Below are positions 62,656 through 64,000 of a DNA stretch of 64,000 nucleotides, one piece after another. The DNA lies in IMG/VR virus record IMGVR_UViG_3300027861_000020. The stretch is one strand, 5' to 3'. This DNA is from a virus. Below the pieces are notes generated by a model. That model was not told where the DNA came from. It did not search any database and saw only the letters and a program-made list of their open reading frames with translations. The first letter of the stretch is position 1; each line of letters starts with the position of its first letter. Both the position numbers and the translations under genes were made by a program.

Positions 62656-62754
62656 ATGAAAAGAATCATGAATAACGATCCAACTATCGAACTTGAAGCA
62701 AGCAATCTCGACAATTATGATCAAAAAGAAGTAAGGAGTATTTTCGGAGATTAG
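62656..62754 (+). CDS. small peptide (32 aa), doubtful
   Basis: SD ACGAAAGG; followed by terminator hairpin 62765-62793. Confidence 0.3.
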   Translation: MKRIMNNDPTIELEASNLDNYDQKEVRSIFGD

Positions 62755-62764
62755 AAGTCGTAAA

Positions 62765-62793
62765 ACCCTTCGGGTCAAACCGAGGGGTTTTAT
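62765..62793 (+). terminator. intrinsic terminator
   Basis: CCCTTCGGGTCAAACCGAGGGG + TTTTATCTTTTT. Confidence 0.55.
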
Positions 62794-63150
62794 CTTTTTA
62801 TATTAAATTAAAATTCCAGCAAATTGAATGTTAATTATATATAATTATAAGAAGTAATTAAATCGAAAGGAGAATTAAACCAATCAATTAAAATACTTAA
62901 TAAAATATATATGACATAGACTATATAGAGAATTAAAAATACAAAAAATAGGAAGGGTTTAAAAATGAAGTAATTTATTTGATTGTGTAATAGAAGAGTA
63001 TATAATAATAAATAGTTGACTATAAAGCAACTGTTAATAGAGAAGAGAAAGTAGATGAGTTATGTTCTAATTGAATACTATCTACTTTCCTTTTCTATCT
63101 TTTATATCTTGAATGAATTTCCAGCATGTTAAATCTTATTTAGGTATATA

Positions 63151-63220
63151 GGGTAAGGGTAGAACATAGGGTAGGGGGCTCAGGGGAAACATTGATTAGT
63201 ACACCCCCCCAGCCTACCCA
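63151..63220. repeat. G-run/C-run GC-rich element (G-quadruplex-type motif plus imperfect inverted repeat)
   Basis: GGGTAAGGGTAGAACATAGGGTAGGGGG ... ACACCCCCCCAGCCTACCC; GGGTAGG/CCTACCC arms. Confidence 0.6.
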
Positions 63221-63422
63221 GTGCGTGTGAACACCTTTTAACTCAGAAAGGAGTCTCTAAAAAGCTCTTTTCCACACACACATTTTTTTGCTAAAATATT
63301 TTTTAGTTTTTCAAGTTATTAGAGAATATTAAAAGAAATTGAAAAGTGTAATGTTTTATGTCATAATTGCCATTCGAAATTGCATAATAAATTAATTTTT
63401 AATTAGAAAGGAAATAAATTAA

Positions 63423-63824
63423 ATGAGTTATAACTCAACACCTATTGTATTGTACGGAATAGAAATATCTCTTATAGATTTTTACAGCTATGTAAAAAAT
63501 GTCTCAGATGTTAAATCTTCTTATAAATGGGTTTCCGAAGAAGGTATTCAGACAGAACAGGAAGATATTCTCGAAGAAGTTTTTTTTGGAGAAATAGGCC
63601 CTTATGAAACTTTTGATGAATTTAAAAGAGAATTAGAGATAGTAAGTCATGTATACTGTTGTGGAGATCGAGATAGTCGTAGACTGTGGATCGGAGAAGA
63701 TTATAAATGCATGAGAGAAGATGAAACGAAATCTCAATTTCAAAAAACGATTGAAGATTTAATTCTTAAAATTTTTGGGGAAGAATACAAATGCTCAAAA
63801 ATAGAAGAGTGTATAGAGGTTTAA
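63423..63824 (+). CDS. hypothetical acidic protein
   Basis: 133 aa, SD AGAAAGGAAATAAATTAAATG, follows 660-bp non-coding region. Confidence 0.55.
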   Translation: MSYNSTPIVLYGIEISLIDFYSYVKNVSDVKSSYKWVSEEGIQTEQEDILEEVFFGEIGPYETFDEFKRELEIVSHVYCCGDRDSRRLWIGEDYKCMREDETKSQFQKTIEDLILKIFGEEYKCSKIEECIEV

Positions 63825-63838
63825 AAAGGAATATTTAA

Positions 63839-64000
63839 ATGACTGAATCTTGGTATAAAGAATGGTGTCCTCATTGTGATGCTCATAATTGGGTTTGTAA
63901 TGGAGATGAAAATGATCTATCACAAATAGATATAGAAGGAATAAAATGCAGAAAATGCAAAAAGATATTTCCTCTTGGCGAAATGCCATATGATGTAGAA
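63839..64000 (+). CDS. zinc-ribbon protein, N-terminal part (runs off window)
   Basis: SD AAAAAGGAATATTTAAATG; CPHCDAH...CRKCKK. Confidence 0.5.
   Translation, partial: MTESWYKEWCPHCDAHNWVCNGDENDLSQIDIEGIKCRKCKKIFPLGEMPYDVE

Noticed and set aside
1716-63989. All minus-strand ORFs in the six-frame track other than 26864-27571 and 37311-37955. Examples: 1716-1919, 3835-4020, 4379-4642, 9162-9500, 10174-10524, 20468-20833, 23215-23680, 26465-26773, 28260-28856, 35007-35695, 48040-48583, 52101-52581, 57524-57835.
   Set aside because: Each lies antisense inside a well-supported + strand gene and has low-complexity Phe/Ile/Leu-rich translations typical of AT-rich shadow frames. None has an SD or cassette.
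1-64000. Classic sigma70 -35 boxes paired with the cassette TATAAT
   Set aside because: Hexamers 17 nt upstream of the cassette TATAAT are AGCATT-like with no resemblance to TTGACA. The only clean TTGAAA-17-TATGAT found is at 22467.

Overview
AT-rich (~30% GC) phage-type genome segment. It is probably the early/accessory region of a large virulent phage of an SD-using, low-GC bacterial host; I do not recognise the phage.

Organisation: about 165 small protein genes, nearly all on the + strand, each essentially its own transcription unit. Almost every gene is preceded by a conserved promoter-like cassette containing TTTTCCAGCA (about 80 copies, one orientation), followed by an AGGA-type RBS. 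Many genes are followed by an intrinsic terminator. From ~24 kb onward the cassette becomes a ~70-bp near-identical block: TTTTCCAGCRTTTTAARYTTTATTTTCTTTATAATTGTTAATRATAATAACTTTTAAGGAATAAAAAATG.

Recognisable content:
- RtcB RNA ligase (48056-49303), preceded by a tandem-HNH endonuclease gene.
- A tRNA gene (50630-50765) interrupted in the anticodon loop by a 61-nt structured insertion.
- T4-type GH24 lysozyme with an N-terminal membrane anchor, plus a holin-like peptide.
- Macro-domain protein, two SprT-like HExxH metalloproteases, SPFH/band-7 lipoprotein, cold-shock-domain protein, GspF/PilC N-terminal fragment, P-loop protein, three lipoproteins.
- Two intact and one decayed minus-strand HNH homing-endonuclease genes.
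- Many tandem and dispersed paralog families, including five proteins that all begin Met-Cys.

No rRNA, CRISPR, integrase, structural or replication genes were seen. Coordinates of ORFs under 60 aa and of regulatory elements were derived by hand and may be off by a few nt.
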